DNA of 64,000 nt from Acidobacteriota bacterium (GTDB lineage: Bacteria; Acidobacteriota; UBA6911; RPQK01; JAJDTT01), in assembly GCA_965263035.1 (NCBI GenBank), contig OZ253580.1, forward strand, positions 4,896,001 to 4,960,000, given 5' to 3'. The notes under the pieces are model-generated. The model worked only from the letters and a program-made list of their open reading frames with translations, had not been told where the DNA came from and ran no database searches. The stretch's first letter is position 1. The number at the start of each line of letters is the position of its first letter. This document shows positions 8,949 to 18,612 of the stretch, one piece after another. The position numbers were made by a program, and so were the translations under genes.

Positions 8949-10391
8949 ATGGACAAATTCAATCCGCCGGCCACCGCGCTGCTGCCCAGGCGGCACTTTC
9001 TCTGGAACTCGGGTGGCGGCCTCGGCGCCATCGCTCTTGCCTGCCTACTCCAGGACGAGTCCCGGGGAGGTGAGGACCGGTCCCGGTTTGGGGCTCGCTC
9101 TCCTCATTTTCCGGGTCCCGCCAAACGGATCCTGCACATTTACGCCGCTGGAGGTGTCAGTCACGTGGACACCTTCGACTACAAGCCCGAGTTGGCCCGG
9201 CTGGACGGCAAGACCATGACCGGGAAGGGAAAAGTCGACACCTTCTTCGGACGGCCCGGAACCTTGATGAAGAGTCCGTTCGAGTTCCGAAGAAGGGGCC
9301 GGAGTGGGCTCTGGGTCAGCGATCTGCTGCCCCACTTGGCGGAGCGCGCCGACGACCTCTGCGTGATTCGGTCCATGGAGGCCAAGAGCTCCAATCACAC
9401 TCCCGCCACGTTTCATATGAATTCGGGGTTCACCCGCAACGGATTCCCTTCCATGGGTTCGTGGGTCACCTATGGCCTGGGATCCGAGAACCGGGACCTG
9501 CCCGGTTTCATCGTACTTCCCGATCCCCGGGGCCTACCCGCCGGAGGGTCCATCAACTGGACGGCCGGTTTTCTGCCGGCGTCCCACCAGGGTGTGGCCT
9601 TCCGCAACTCGGGCGACCCCCTGCCCTACCTGTCGACCCCGCCCACCATCTCCTCCCGGCGCCGGACCAGTGAGATGAAACTGCTGGCTCGGATGAACCG
9701 GGAACACCTGGAAACCAATCCCGGAGACAGCGCCCTGGAGGCACGGATCCAGTCCTACGAGCTGGCGGCCCGCATGCAGATGACCATTCCCGACATTGTG
9801 GACCTGGACACGGAGCGGTCCGAGACGCGGCGGCTCTACGGCCTGGACCAGGAAAAGACGGCCGCCTTCGGCCGGAACTGCCTTTTAGCTCGCCGGCTGC
9901 TGGAGAAGGGTGTCCGAGTGGTGCAGGTCTGGTGCGGGGGCGCCTTCGGCCGGCCCCGCATCAACTGGGACGGGCACGAGGACATCGTGGAGAACCACAC
10001 CGAGCAGGCCCAGACCATGGATCGTCCCCTGGCCGGACTCCTGAAGGATCTTAAGGACCGGGGCATGCTACAGGACACTCTGGTGGTATGGTCGACGGAA
10101 TTCGGCCGAACCCCGTTCACCGAGGGACTGGGCGCCCGGGGCCGCGACCATCATCAGCACGCGTTCACCTGCTGGCTCGCCGGAGCGGGTGTCCGAAAGG
10201 GTTTCAGCTACGGCGTTTCGGACGACGTGGGTTACTACGTGGGCGAGGATCCGGTCACCATCTACGACTTCCACGCCACCATCCTTCATCTGCTGGGGCT
10301 GGACCACAAGCAGCTCACCTTCTACCACAACGGCATTCAGCGACGCCTCACCGACGTCCACGGCCACGTGGTGCGGGGTGTGTTGGCGTAA
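8949..10391 (+). CDS. DUF1501 domain protein (Tat-like, sulfatase-like fold)
   Basis: RRHFL, GGVSHVDTFDYKP, YGLGSENRDLPGF and EFGRTP...GRDH motifs. Confidence 0.9.
   Translation: MDKFNPPATALLPRRHFLWNSGGGLGAIALACLLQDESRGGEDRSRFGARSPHFPGPAKRILHIYAAGGVSHVDTFDYKPELARLDGKTMTGKGKVDTFFGRPGTLMKSPFEFRRRGRSGLWVSDLLPHLAERADDLCVIRSMEAKSSNHTPATFHMNSGFTRNGFPSMGSWVTYGLGSENRDLPGFIVLPDPRGLPAGGSINWTAGFLPASHQGVAFRNSGDPLPYLSTPPTISSRRRTSEMKLLARMNREHLETNPGDSALEARIQSYELAARMQMTIPDIVDLDTERSETRRLYGLDQEKTAAFGRNCLLARRLLEKGVRVVQVWCGGAFGRPRINWDGHEDIVENHTEQAQTMDRPLAGLLKDLKDRGMLQDTLVVWSTEFGRTPFTEGLGARGRDHHQHAFTCWLAGAGVRKGFSYGVSDDVGYYVGEDPVTIYDFHATILHLLGLDHKQLTFYHNGIQRRLTDVHGHVVRGVLA
10292..10368 (+). repeat. Direct repeat copy 1 (3' end of DUF1501 gene)
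   Basis: 70/77 identical to 12850-12926. Confidence 0.9.
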
Positions 10392-10471
10392 GGTCGAGTC
10401 ACCACCATCGAGTTCGAAGATGGGGAGCCGGCTCCAAAAGGCCGATTCCATCCAGGAGTGCGCATTTCAGG

Positions 10472-12799
10472 ATGGACAACGAAACACTCGAGAAGCTGCT
10501 GCAGTCTATTGACCGCCCGGGAAACTTTTTCACCCACGGCCGGTTGCTGATCCCCATGCCGGTGCTGAAGGTCGACGGCGTCGGGTTGCTCGCTTTCCCG
10601 GTTCCCGACGTACAGGTTCGCGCATTGATCGAGGTGGCCGAACGTGCTCCCTACGGCAAGGGGCCGGAGACGTTGGTCGATACGTCCGTCCGCGACTGCC
10701 GGCAGATCGACGCGGCGCGAGTTCGCCTCGGCGGCCGAGCGTGGCCGGAGACGTTTTCCGAAATTCTCGGCGCCACCGCGACCGGTCTCGGCTTCCCCGT
10801 CGAGCGGCTGGACGCGCAACTCTACAAAATGCTCGTCTACCCATCGGGAGGGTTCTTTTCGTCGCACCGCGACACCGCGAAAGCCGACGGTATGATCGCC
10901 ACCCTCACGATCTCGCTGCCGACAGCAGGCGCCGGCGGCGAGTTGATCGTCCGCCACCACGGCCGGGAGGTGACGCTCGACATGAACGCCGACGAGCCCT
11001 CGGAACTGGCCTTCGCGGCGTTCTACGCCGATTGCCCGCACGAAACGCGGCCCGTCCGCCGGGGCCACCGGCTGTCCCTCGTCTTCAACCTCTGCCTTCG
11101 CTCCGGCGACACCGATACACCGCGGCGCGCTCCCGACTATTCCGATCGGGTCGAGAGTGTCACCGAGCATCTCGTCAACTGGCGGGAGAGCGATCATCCG
11201 CCCGAAAAGTACGTCTGGGTCATGGAGCACGACTACAGCGAGAACGGACGCTCCTTCGCCGCATTGAAGAATACCGACGCGGCGGTGGCTCGGGTTCTGT
11301 CGCAGTCGGCAGATCGCGCCGAGTGCGAGTTGTATCTGGCGATCGTACACATCAACGAAGAGGGCATCGCCGTACCCGACATCGATTACGGCCACTGGGA
11401 TGAAATGAATGCCGCTGAGATGGTGATGGACGAGTTGCTCGAACGCAGCCGCTGGCTCGACGGCTGGATCGACCGGGACGGACGCCGCCCGCCTTTCGGA
11501 ACGGTCCCGTTGGTCAGGCAGGAACTCTTGCCCGAGGGCGCGCTCGACGACGCCGAACCGGACGACCGATGGCTGCACGAAGCGACGGGCAACGCGAACA
11601 TGACCATCGAGCAGGTCTATCGTCGTGCGGCCTTCGTGATCTGGCCGCGGTCGAAGACGCTCGACGTCATCAGGAGCGGCGGCATCGACCCGGCGGTGGC
11701 CTGGGTGGCCGAGCAATTCGACGGCGCCGGTGGGATTGCCAACGCGCGAATCAGCGATCTGGTGGACCGGTTGATCGGGATCTGGCCCTTCGAACCATAC
11801 GTCTCCGACGAGCAGGCCCGCGTCAAGATGCTTCGCCTGCTCGCTGTGATCGGAGACAAAAACCTCACCTTCCGCTTCCTTCATCAAGTCGTGTTACGCA
11901 AGTATGTCGGCAGTGAGAACGAAGACTTGCTGAAGGCGTTGCGTGGGATCGGGCCGGATGCCGGCGGAAAATTCCTGGTCGCATTCGTCAAAACGCACCT
12001 GGTATACCGGCCGGGCGATACGCTGGCGCTGCTGGAGCGCGTCGGTGAGACGGAGGGACCCGCATGGAGCGGCGTGCTCCGGGACGCCGCCGGGCAGGCT
12101 TTGGCCGACTGGCCCGCCGTTATGAAGCCGCCGGTGAAGACTGACCGGACAACGTGGGTCGATCAGGAACGGAAGCGGGAACCCATCGACCATGGAGCGA
12201 TCCGTGATCTCTTCGGGCTGGCTTCGCGTTGCGGGTTGGCGGAGGACGCCAAGATTGCCGCCGCGGCCATCGCTGACCACCCACAGCTCATCACACCGGA
12301 GCGGATGGTTCCGGCGGCGCTGAAACAACTCCGCCTCCAGGAGGCGCTGCCGAGGTCAGCCGCCTACGCTTGGTTATGGCGCCACGCCGTAGCTTCGCTG
12401 CTGGAGCGTAGCGCGACGGCTCCCGAGGTGCCGCGGGACTGGAGGACTGCAGCCCCCACCGGCTGCCATTGCCAGCACTGCGCCAAGCTCCGGGCCTTCT
12501 GCGACAGCCCCGTCGCCAGGACGGAGCGTTTCAAGCTGCGCAAGGACCTGCGCAAACACCTGCATCGGGTCATCGACGGCCACCGGCTCGACATGTCCCA
12601 CGTGACCCAACGCAAGGGCAGACCGTTCACCCTCGTGTGCACCAAGAACCGGGCGAGCTACCGGCGCCGGCTCACGGAGTATGGCAAGGACGCCTCTTGG
12701 ATGCGTTCGTTGATCCGTTCGGCGCCCTGCGGGGAGTGGAGGAAACTCTGCGCGGCCGAATTGGAGCGGTTGCACGAGGCGGTCGCCGAGTCGAAGTGA
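10472..12799 (+). CDS. Large 2OG-Fe(II) oxygenase-domain protein (775 aa) with C-terminal Cys/His cluster
   Basis: LYKMLVY...FFSSHRDT (HxD) and FYADCPHE...HRLSLVFNL (distal His, Arg); C-terminal CHCQHC...KHLH...CTK. The ORF track start at 10088 overlaps the previous gene. Confidence 0.85.
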   Translation: MDNETLEKLLQSIDRPGNFFTHGRLLIPMPVLKVDGVGLLAFPVPDVQVRALIEVAERAPYGKGPETLVDTSVRDCRQIDAARVRLGGRAWPETFSEILGATATGLGFPVERLDAQLYKMLVYPSGGFFSSHRDTAKADGMIATLTISLPTAGAGGELIVRHHGREVTLDMNADEPSELAFAAFYADCPHETRPVRRGHRLSLVFNLCLRSGDTDTPRRAPDYSDRVESVTEHLVNWRESDHPPEKYVWVMEHDYSENGRSFAALKNTDAAVARVLSQSADRAECELYLAIVHINEEGIAVPDIDYGHWDEMNAAEMVMDELLERSRWLDGWIDRDGRRPPFGTVPLVRQELLPEGALDDAEPDDRWLHEATGNANMTIEQVYRRAAFVIWPRSKTLDVIRSGGIDPAVAWVAEQFDGAGGIANARISDLVDRLIGIWPFEPYVSDEQARVKMLRLLAVIGDKNLTFRFLHQVVLRKYVGSENEDLLKALRGIGPDAGGKFLVAFVKTHLVYRPGDTLALLERVGETEGPAWSGVLRDAAGQALADWPAVMKPPVKTDRTTWVDQERKREPIDHGAIRDLFGLASRCGLAEDAKIAAAAIADHPQLITPERMVPAALKQLRLQEALPRSAAYAWLWRHAVASLLERSATAPEVPRDWRTAAPTGCHCQHCAKLRAFCDSPVARTERFKLRKDLRKHLHRVIDGHRLDMSHVTQRKGRPFTLVCTKNRASYRRRLTEYGKDASWMRSLIRSAPCGEWRKLCAAELERLHEAVAESK

Positions 12800-12849
12800 G
12801 ATTAGTGGATCCGATCCAATTCGTAGTGGAATCATCTTGAATTTCACCG

Positions 12850-12926
12850 GCTGGGGCTGGACCCCAGGAAGCTCACCCTCTACCACAACTGCATTCAGCG
12901 CCGCCTCACCGATGTCCACGGCCACG
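12850..12926 (+). repeat. Direct repeat copy 2: displaced DUF1501 3' fragment
   Basis: Encodes LGLDPRKLTLYHNCIQRRLTDVHGH versus LGLDHKQLTFYHNGIQRRLTDVHGH in the intact gene. Confidence 0.9.
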
Positions 12927-13046
12927 GGGAACCGGCATCCGGCTCTTCAAAAAGAAGTGCTATAGTCAAAGTCCGGCCGCCGATAGTCTGAGTACCGCTC
13001 GTGGTGTGTGACTGGCGAATGGGATGAGAGCACTACCGGCCGCCCC

Positions 13047-14822
13047 CTACGCCGTCGTTCGCACCTGCCAGTGCCGTGACGTGTCCTGAGCCGTCCAGAG
13101 ACGTTCGTAGAGGCCTCCGGTGCGGATCAGCCGCGAGTGGGTTCCTGTCTCCACGACCCGTCCCTCTTGCAGCACCACGATCTGATCGGCGTTGCGGACC
13201 GTGAACAGACGGTGTGCGATGACCATAACCGTTCGGTACCGGGTCAAGCGCGTGATGGCTTCCCGGATCTCCAACTCCGACTCGGTGTCCACGCTCGAGG
13301 TGGCTTCATCCAGGATCAGGATGGGCGCGTCCTTGAGGAGTGCGCGGGCGATGGAGATCCGTTGTTTCTCGCCTCCCGAGAGCCGCGCGCCCCTTTCCCC
13401 GACCATGGTGTCGTAGCCCTGAGGCAGGGAGAGGATGAACTCCTCCGCGTTGGCGGCCTGGGCGGCCTCCCGAATCTGAGCTTCCGTGGCCTCGGGGTTG
13501 CCCACCAGGATGTTCTCCCGGATCGTGGCGTGGAAGAGATACACGTCCTGCATGACGTGCGCCACGCTCCGGCGCAATGGTCCCAGAGCCAGGTTCCGAA
13601 CGTCGATCCCGCCGACCTTGACCGCTCCGAACTGGGGTTCGTAGAACCTGGGGACCAGGTTGCAGGAGGTGGTCTTGCCGGCGCCGGTGGGACCCACCAG
13701 AGCCAGAACCTCGCCCGCTTCGGCCCGGAAACTCACGTCCCGAAGGACGGGAATCTCGGGCGCGTAGCCAAAGGTGACCCGGTCCAGTTGCACCGACCAT
13801 CGGAGGTCGCTGGGAATGGCGACCAGGCCGGCCGCCTGCGACTCCACCGGCAGTTCCAGGAGCTCGAAGACCCGGCGCGCCGAGGCCGCCGCCTTCTGGA
13901 TCACATCGTTCAGATTGGCCAGCCGCAACAGAGGCTGGAAGATCTGTCCCAGGTAGAGGATGAAGACCACCAGGTCGGCCAGGGCCACGTCTCCGCCCAG
14001 GGCCAGATGTCCTCCCGCGGCGACGACCAGGAGGTAGGCCAGGCCGCCCGCGAATTCGACCACTCCTGCCGGGATCAGCGACCAGCGGTTGGCTCTCTCG
14101 ATGCTGTCGCGATAGCGGGCGCTGGCCTGCCGGACCCGCTGCAGCTCGGATTCTTCCCTGACGAAGGACTTGATCACCGAGTGCCCGCCGATCCGGTCCA
14201 GAATCTCGGCCACCAGGTCGGCCCGGCGGCCCCGGGTCTTTCTCCAGGCTCGACTGGTCCGACCCGAGAGGCGGTAGACCAGCCAGGCGATCAGCGGCAA
14301 CGGCAGGGTGACGATGAGGGCCAGCTCGAAATGGATGTTGAAGAGGATCAGGAGCATGGCCACCGGCATCACCGCCGCCAGGAAGATCTCCGGCACCCCG
14401 TGGGCCAGGAAGTCCTCGATGACCTCCACGTCGTTGACGGTCCGGGACATGAGGGCGCCGCTGCGGCGGTGGGTGTAGGCTCCGGGGGGGAGGGCCTGAA
14501 CCCGGGCGTAGGTGTGGCCCAGGAGGTTGTGCAGCGTGCGATAGGCGGCCACGTGGGAAAAGACTCCGTAGCCGTAGCGGAAGACGCCGCGCAGGAGAAA
14601 GAGTCCGGCCAGGGTGAGGGCCATCCAGATCAGCGTGGACCCCACCAGGCTCCCTTCCTGAAGCAACTGGATCAGCCGTCTCAGGACCAAAGGAGGGAAG
14701 AGGCCGACCAGCGAGAAGAGGAGGCCGCACAGGAGCGAAAAGACCAGCAGTTTCCGGCTCTCCACGGCCAGATGGAACAGTCGGACGATGAGGGTTCGAG
14801 TCGAGTTGCTGCTCTGGTCCAT
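13047..14822 (-). CDS. ABC exporter, fused permease + ATPase (MsbA/MdlB-like)
   Basis: Six-TM N-terminal domain; GPTGAGKT, LSGGEKQR and ILILDEATS motifs. Confidence 0.92.
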   Translation of the reverse strand: MDQSSNSTRTLIVRLFHLAVESRKLLVFSLLCGLLFSLVGLFPPLVLRRLIQLLQEGSLVGSTLIWMALTLAGLFLLRGVFRYGYGVFSHVAAYRTLHNLLGHTYARVQALPPGAYTHRRSGALMSRTVNDVEVIEDFLAHGVPEIFLAAVMPVAMLLILFNIHFELALIVTLPLPLIAWLVYRLSGRTSRAWRKTRGRRADLVAEILDRIGGHSVIKSFVREESELQRVRQASARYRDSIERANRWSLIPAGVVEFAGGLAYLLVVAAGGHLALGGDVALADLVVFILYLGQIFQPLLRLANLNDVIQKAAASARRVFELLELPVESQAAGLVAIPSDLRWSVQLDRVTFGYAPEIPVLRDVSFRAEAGEVLALVGPTGAGKTTSCNLVPRFYEPQFGAVKVGGIDVRNLALGPLRRSVAHVMQDVYLFHATIRENILVGNPEATEAQIREAAQAANAEEFILSLPQGYDTMVGERGARLSGGEKQRISIARALLKDAPILILDEATSSVDTESELEIREAITRLTRYRTVMVIAHRLFTVRNADQIVVLQEGRVVETGTHSRLIRTGGLYERLWTAQDTSRHWQVRTTA

Positions 14823-14859
14823 CCGTGCCCCCGTTCCCTCGTCCGGACCCGCGAGAAGC

Positions 14860-16080
14860 CTACTCGTAGTGGAGCGCTTCGATGGGGTCCAGACGGGCCG
14901 CCTTGTGGGCCGGATAATATCCGAAAAAGATCCCGATGGCAGCCGAGAAGACGATGGAGACGACGATGGAGTTGGGGGAGATCTGCGTCGGCCATCCCAT
15001 GGCCTGGGATACGAGCAGCGATCCGCCGAGTCCCATTCCGAGCCCGATGAAACCTCCCACCAGGCAGAGCACGATGGCTTCGGCCAGGAACTGGATTCTC
15101 ACGTGTCCGGGCCGGGCGCCGATGGCCATGCGGATCCCGATCTCCCGGGTCCGTTCGGTCACCGAGACCAGCATGATGTTCATGATCCCGATGCCCCCCA
15201 CCAGCAGGGAGACGGCGGCGATGCTGGCCAGCAGGCTGGTCATGACCCGGTTCGTGGCCTCGGCCGCTTCGGCGAACTCGCTCAGGTTTCGAACCCGGAA
15301 GTCGTTGGCCTGGTCTGAACTGAGGTCATGGCGCTGCCGCAGGAGCGCGGTGATCTGCTCCTGGGCCGCAAAGCTGGCGCGGGCGCTCACCGCGGAAATG
15401 AGACCGGACTGGACATAGAGGACTCCGCCCTGGAACTTCTTCTGGACGGTGGTGTAGGGAACGATGATGGTGTCGTCCTGGTCACGGCCCCAGTTGTTGG
15501 CCCCCTTCTTCTTGAGCACGCCCAGCACCTGGAAGGGGAGGTTCTTGACCCGGATGGTCTGACCCACCGGGTCGCCCCCGCCGAAGAGTTCGTCCACCAC
15601 GGTCTGGCCCAGAACGGCGACCCGGGAGGCCGTCTTGACGTGGCTGTCTTCGAAGAAGCTCCCCTGGGTCAGGGGCCAGTTGCGCAGTAGCGGATACTGC
15701 TCGTTGTAGCCTTCGATGCGGGTGTTCCAGTTCTGGTTGCCGAACACGACCTGGGCCATGGTGGAGGCGCTGGGACTCACGGCCTGGACCGTAGGAACCT
15801 CCTGGGCGATGGCTTCGAAATCGGCGGCGTTGAGGGTGTTCATGGTCCCCGATCCGCTCCGGATCCCCCAGGAGCGGCGGCTCCCGGCCCGGATCCAGAG
15901 GGTGTTGGTGCCCATGGCGGCGATCTCTTCCTGGACCTGCCGCTGCGCCCCCTGGCCCAGGCTGACCATGGTGATGACGGCGGCGACGCCGATGATGATC
16001 CCCAGCATGGTCAGGATGGAGCGGATCTTGTTCCGGCCCAGAGACTTGAGGGAGATTTTCAAGATCATCCAGAAACCCAT
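14860..16080 (-). CDS. MacB-family ABC permease
   Basis: RSILTMLGIIIGV and GGIGIMNIMLVSVTERTREIGIRMAIGA motifs. Confidence 0.93.
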   Translation of the reverse strand: MGFWMILKISLKSLGRNKIRSILTMLGIIIGVAAVITMVSLGQGAQRQVQEEIAAMGTNTLWIRAGSRRSWGIRSGSGTMNTLNAADFEAIAQEVPTVQAVSPSASTMAQVVFGNQNWNTRIEGYNEQYPLLRNWPLTQGSFFEDSHVKTASRVAVLGQTVVDELFGGGDPVGQTIRVKNLPFQVLGVLKKKGANNWGRDQDDTIIVPYTTVQKKFQGGVLYVQSGLISAVSARASFAAQEQITALLRQRHDLSSDQANDFRVRNLSEFAEAAEATNRVMTSLLASIAAVSLLVGGIGIMNIMLVSVTERTREIGIRMAIGARPGHVRIQFLAEAIVLCLVGGFIGLGMGLGGSLLVSQAMGWPTQISPNSIVVSIVFSAAIGIFFGYYPAHKAARLDPIEALHYE

Positions 16081-16095
16081 GACGATTCTCCTCGA

Positions 16096-16839
16096 TTAAC
16101 GAGTCGTGTCGCTGATGATGAGCCCGTCCCGCACCTGGATCGTGCGCTTGGCGTGAGCCGCGATGAAAGCCTCGTGGGTCACCATGATCAGGGTGATGCC
16201 CTGCTGCTGATTCAGGTCCTTGAGGAAACGCAGGATCTCTTCCGACGTGGCCGAGTCCAGGTTGCCCGTCGGCTCGTCGGCCAGAAGGATGGCCGGCCGG
16301 TTGACCAGGGCCCGGGCCACGGCGACCCGCTGCTGCTGTCCGCCCGAGAGCTGATTGGGCATGACCTGGGCCTTCTCCGGGATCCCGACAACTTCCAGCG
16401 CCTCCTCGATTCGGCGGACCCGCTCTTGGCGCGGCACGCCGGCGTAGAGCATGGGGGCTTCCACGTTCTCCCAGATGGAGGTGCGGGGCAGCAGGTTGAA
16501 GCTCTGAAAGATGAATCCGATCTTCTGGTTCCGGATGTCCGCCCGCTGGGACGCCGAAAACGTGGAGACGTCGATTCCATCGAGCCGATACCGTCCCCGC
16601 GTCGGCCGGTCCAGGCACCCCAGCAGGTTCAACAAGGTCGACTTGCCCGATCCCGAGGCCCCCATGACGGCCACGAACTCGCCTGGGACCACCTCCAGGG
16701 AGACTCCTCTCAGAGCCTCGACCTGGACTTCTCCCAGATCGTAGATCTTCCAGACATTTTCCAGAGAAAGGAGACTGTCCCCGTTTGCCTGAGGCGTGTG
16801 TGGGGGATTCTGCTGCGCTTCAGCCACCTGAACCATCAA
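16096..16839 (-). CDS. MacB/LolD-type ABC ATP-binding protein
   Basis: [19 protein letters not shown] and [10 protein letters not shown] motifs. Confidence 0.93.
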   Translation of the reverse strand: MMVQVAEAQQNPPHTPQANGDSLLSLENVWKIYDLGEVQVEALRGVSLEVVPGEFVAVMGASGSGKSTLLNLLGCLDRPTRGRYRLDGIDVSTFSASQRADIRNQKIGFIFQSFNLLPRTSIWENVEAPMLYAGVPRQERVRRIEEALEVVGIPEKAQVMPNQLSGGQQQRVAVARALVNRPAILLADEPTGNLDSATSEEILRFLKDLNQQQGITLIMVTHEAFIAAHAKRTIQVRDGLIISDTTR

Positions 16840-18560
16840 CGGCCTCGACTGCCGGTGCCGCCCCCTCGGGTGCCGGTCCCACCCCCTCGGGCGCCGCCAC
16901 GGCTACTCGTGCTCCGGCCCCGGCGCGGTCCGAAGGCGCCGCTGAACGGCGAGGTGCTGCCGCGCTGGACCTGGCCCGATTCGTCCAGTTTCCAGGTGAT
17001 GATCTCCTCGCCCTCCTCCAGATCTCCCCGCAGGATGGCCGTCTCCCTCCCGTCGGTGATTCCCAGGAGAACACGGCGCGGCTGAGGTTCGGCGTTTTCG
17101 TCCAGCACCCAGAGCAGACCGGGCCGGGGCCGCATCTGCTCGGCGCGGGGAAACCGGATCTTGGGTCCCGGCCGGATTCCATACTGCTCGATGGTGGAGA
17201 TACCGACCTCGGCGTGGGACATTTCTTCACCACCCCCGCGTGGTCCTCTCCGGCGTTCTCCCGGATCTCTGCCCCATCGTCCCCGTTCCGGGCGGTCGCC
17301 GTCCGCCGCAGCTTCAGAAAGGCCGGCCCGGTCCGGTCCGGGACCGGCCATGGCGGTGCTGGACCCGGCGCCCGCCGGTCGCCGTCCCCCGCCGCCCCGC
17401 ATCAGCGCGCGGATCTCTTCCGGACCCATCCCCTCGGGTCGAAAGCGGAGGGCTGAGTTGGCTACCTTCAGCACCTCCGATTCACGGGCGACCACGAAGT
17501 TGACGTTGGCCGTCATGGCGGGCCGCAGCTTCAACTGAGGGTTCTCCACGTCGATGATGACGTTGTAGACCACCACGTTGGTGGCCCCGCCGCCACTCTG
17601 ATTCTGTGTGTCCGAGTTGGGGAGCTTGGAACTGAGACGGATCTCGGAGATCTTCCCCTCGAAGCTCTGTCCCGGGAAGGCGTCCACAGCGAAATCGACC
17701 TGGGCCATCTCCGAGATGGCGCCGATGTCCGCCTCGTCGATCTGGGCGATGACCTGCATCTTGGTCAAGTCGTTGGCGATCAGGAAGAGGACAGGCGCCT
17801 GAAAGCTGGCAGCCACGGTCTGGCCGATGTCCACGTTGCGCTCGATCACGACACCGTCGATGGGAGACGTGATGGTGGTGTAACGCAGATTGACGTCGGC
17901 CATCTTGAGGCTGGCGGTCGCCTCCTGCACGTTGGCGGCGGCTTGATCGTTCTGGGCGTGGGCCGAACGGATGGAGGCCTCCACCTGGCTGACTTGAGCA
18001 CGATTCTGGCTCAGACGGGCCTTGGCCTGGTCGAAGTGGGCTTGCGCGGTCTCCAGATCGCGATCCGAGATCACCTCGGCCTCGTAGAGCTCGTGGCTTC
18101 GCTTCAACTCGCGCTCGGCTTCCTTCAGGTTGACCTCCCCCACCTCCACGTTGGCCCGGGCGCTCTCCAGCTCGGCCTTCCGGTTGATGAGGTTGGCGGC
18201 GGCGCTCTTGACGGTGGCCTTGGCGGTGGCCAACGAAGCCTTGGCCCGTTCCAACTGGGCCTCGAAGTTGGCCGGGTCGATGATGGCCAGGGTCTGGTCC
18301 TTCTTGACCACGCTGTTGAAGTCGGCGTGGAGTTCCTTGATCCGTCCCGAGACCTGACTTCCCACCTGCACCGTCACCACGGCCTGTAAGAGGCCGGTGG
18401 AACTGACGGTTCGGCTCACTTCTCCGCGACTCACCGGGACCGTGAGGTAGTCTTCGCCCGGCTGCATCTCGGAGGGGCCCAGGTAGTGGTAGCCGGCCGC
18501 CGCGACGGCCAGGACCAGGATGATGGTGACGACGGTGCGGAGGTTGCGCTTTTTTCTCAC
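16836..18560 (-). CDS. MacA-like periplasmic adaptor (membrane fusion protein)
   Basis: N-terminal anchor, VQVGSQVSGRI, long coiled coil, ITSPIDGVV, GQTVAASFQAP; Gly/Arg-rich insert and tail. Confidence 0.9.
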   Translation of the reverse strand: MRKKRNLRTVVTIILVLAVAAAGYHYLGPSEMQPGEDYLTVPVSRGEVSRTVSSTGLLQAVVTVQVGSQVSGRIKELHADFNSVVKKDQTLAIIDPANFEAQLERAKASLATAKATVKSAAANLINRKAELESARANVEVGEVNLKEAERELKRSHELYEAEVISDRDLETAQAHFDQAKARLSQNRAQVSQVEASIRSAHAQNDQAAANVQEATASLKMADVNLRYTTITSPIDGVVIERNVDIGQTVAASFQAPVLFLIANDLTKMQVIAQIDEADIGAISEMAQVDFAVDAFPGQSFEGKISEIRLSSKLPNSDTQNQSGGGATNVVVYNVIIDVENPQLKLRPAMTANVNFVVARESEVLKVANSALRFRPEGMGPEEIRALMRGGGGRRPAGAGSSTAMAGPGPDRAGLSEAAADGDRPERGRWGRDPGERRRGPRGGGEEMSHAEVGISTIEQYGIRPGPKIRFPRAEQMRPRPGLLWVLDENAEPQPRRVLLGITDGRETAILRGDLEEGEEIITWKLDESGQVQRGSTSPFSGAFGPRRGRSTSSRGGARGGGTGTRGGGTGSRGR

Positions 18561-18612
18561 GGAATGATTATACGCTTGGCGACCTCACATGTTTCAACGA
18601 AAGATGAATGAA

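Noticed and set aside
10088-10471. 128-aa N-terminal extension of the 2OG oxygenase in the ORF track
   Set aside because: Overlaps the DUF1501 gene in another frame; the domain begins at ATG 10472.
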